This document shows positions 63,382 through 64,000 of a stretch of 64,000 bases of DNA, piece by piece (within the stretch, counting starts at the first letter, position 1; every line of letters begins with the position of its first letter). The translations under genes and the position numbers were made by a program. Source of the stretch: Octopus sinensis (Eukaryota); NCBI RefSeq assembly GCF_006345805.1, contig NC_042997.1, forward strand, positions 38,936,001-39,000,000, read 5' to 3'. The notes under the pieces were generated by a model, which was not told the origin of the DNA, did no database searches, and was given only the letters and a program-made list of their open reading frames with translations.

Positions 63382-63931
63382 GTAAATTGTTAGCAATTAC
63401 TATTCTTGTTTCTGGGAGCAATGCAATTGTAGTTTTATTGTTCTCGTTTAGCAAACTCGTAGTATCACGTGAAAATTTCAATATAATGATAGAACATGAA
63501 AAATGTTTTACTTTATTCAAACATATAATGGAAAAATACAAGAATTTTTTTATATGTCTTATAATAGATTTACTTGTCTTGTAATAGGTTGTAATCATCC
63601 AGACGTGGTTTGGACAAGTTTAAAATACTTAAAACCATCTTAATTTAAAATATCGTAATTTTTCCAGCACTTTTTAAACTATATGGACTTCACCAGGAGA
63701 AACACTATATTCGTTGCTTCGATCCTTGATAGCCTCGCATGAACGAAATTTTTTTTTTTTTTTTTTTTGGTCACTAAATGATAAATATGAAAACCTACCG
63801 ACTATGCTGAAGTAGCTTTATTGAACATCAAAACAAGTCGTCATACATTTATATCACCTTAAAAAGGGGATTATATAGTCAGTAATATTCGGCACAAACC
63901 AGATGATGCTCTCATCTATCAGAAAATACTT

Positions 63932-63935
<4 letters not shown>

Positions 63936-64000
<65 letters not shown>
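63936..64000. repeat. (CT)n microsatellite running off the window end
   Basis: Direct inspection. Confidence 0.97.

Overview
AT-rich animal genomic DNA, packed with microsatellites. From recall, the SINE families and microsatellite load look like an octopus or other coleoid cephalopod; this is inference, not a search result. Host content: four plus-strand exons (46367-46461, 50898-51024, 59416-59569, 63318-63381) that splice in frame into TM1-TM4 of a class B1 (secretin family, calcitonin-receptor-like) GPCR. I found no extracellular-domain exon. Most of the rest is transposon-derived. (1) Two head-to-tail, apparently full-length ~6.2-kb Tx1/L1-clade LINEs (minus strand), each bracketed by (GATA)n. 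(2) A chain of R4/Dong-like LINE fragments and a non-coding repeat, all set in (AAT)n. (3) Several Penelope-like pieces, including three recognisable hammerhead ribozyme motifs next to (TA)n and a decayed fourth. (4) Two decayed mariners, an RTE-like 3' end, a Merlin-like MITE with an 8-bp TSD, a probable solo LTR, a probable non-autonomous Helitron, and more than 20 tRNA-derived SINE copies of about four families. The main theme is that each microsatellite type hosts its own retroelement: AAT with R4/Dong, GATA with Tx1, TA with hammerhead-bearing Penelope ends. One SINE subfamily also shares its 3' tail with the GATA-associated Tx1 element. Caveat: scattered single-base indels in the LINEs look like long-read consensus errors, so the tandem LINE pair needs read-level confirmation.
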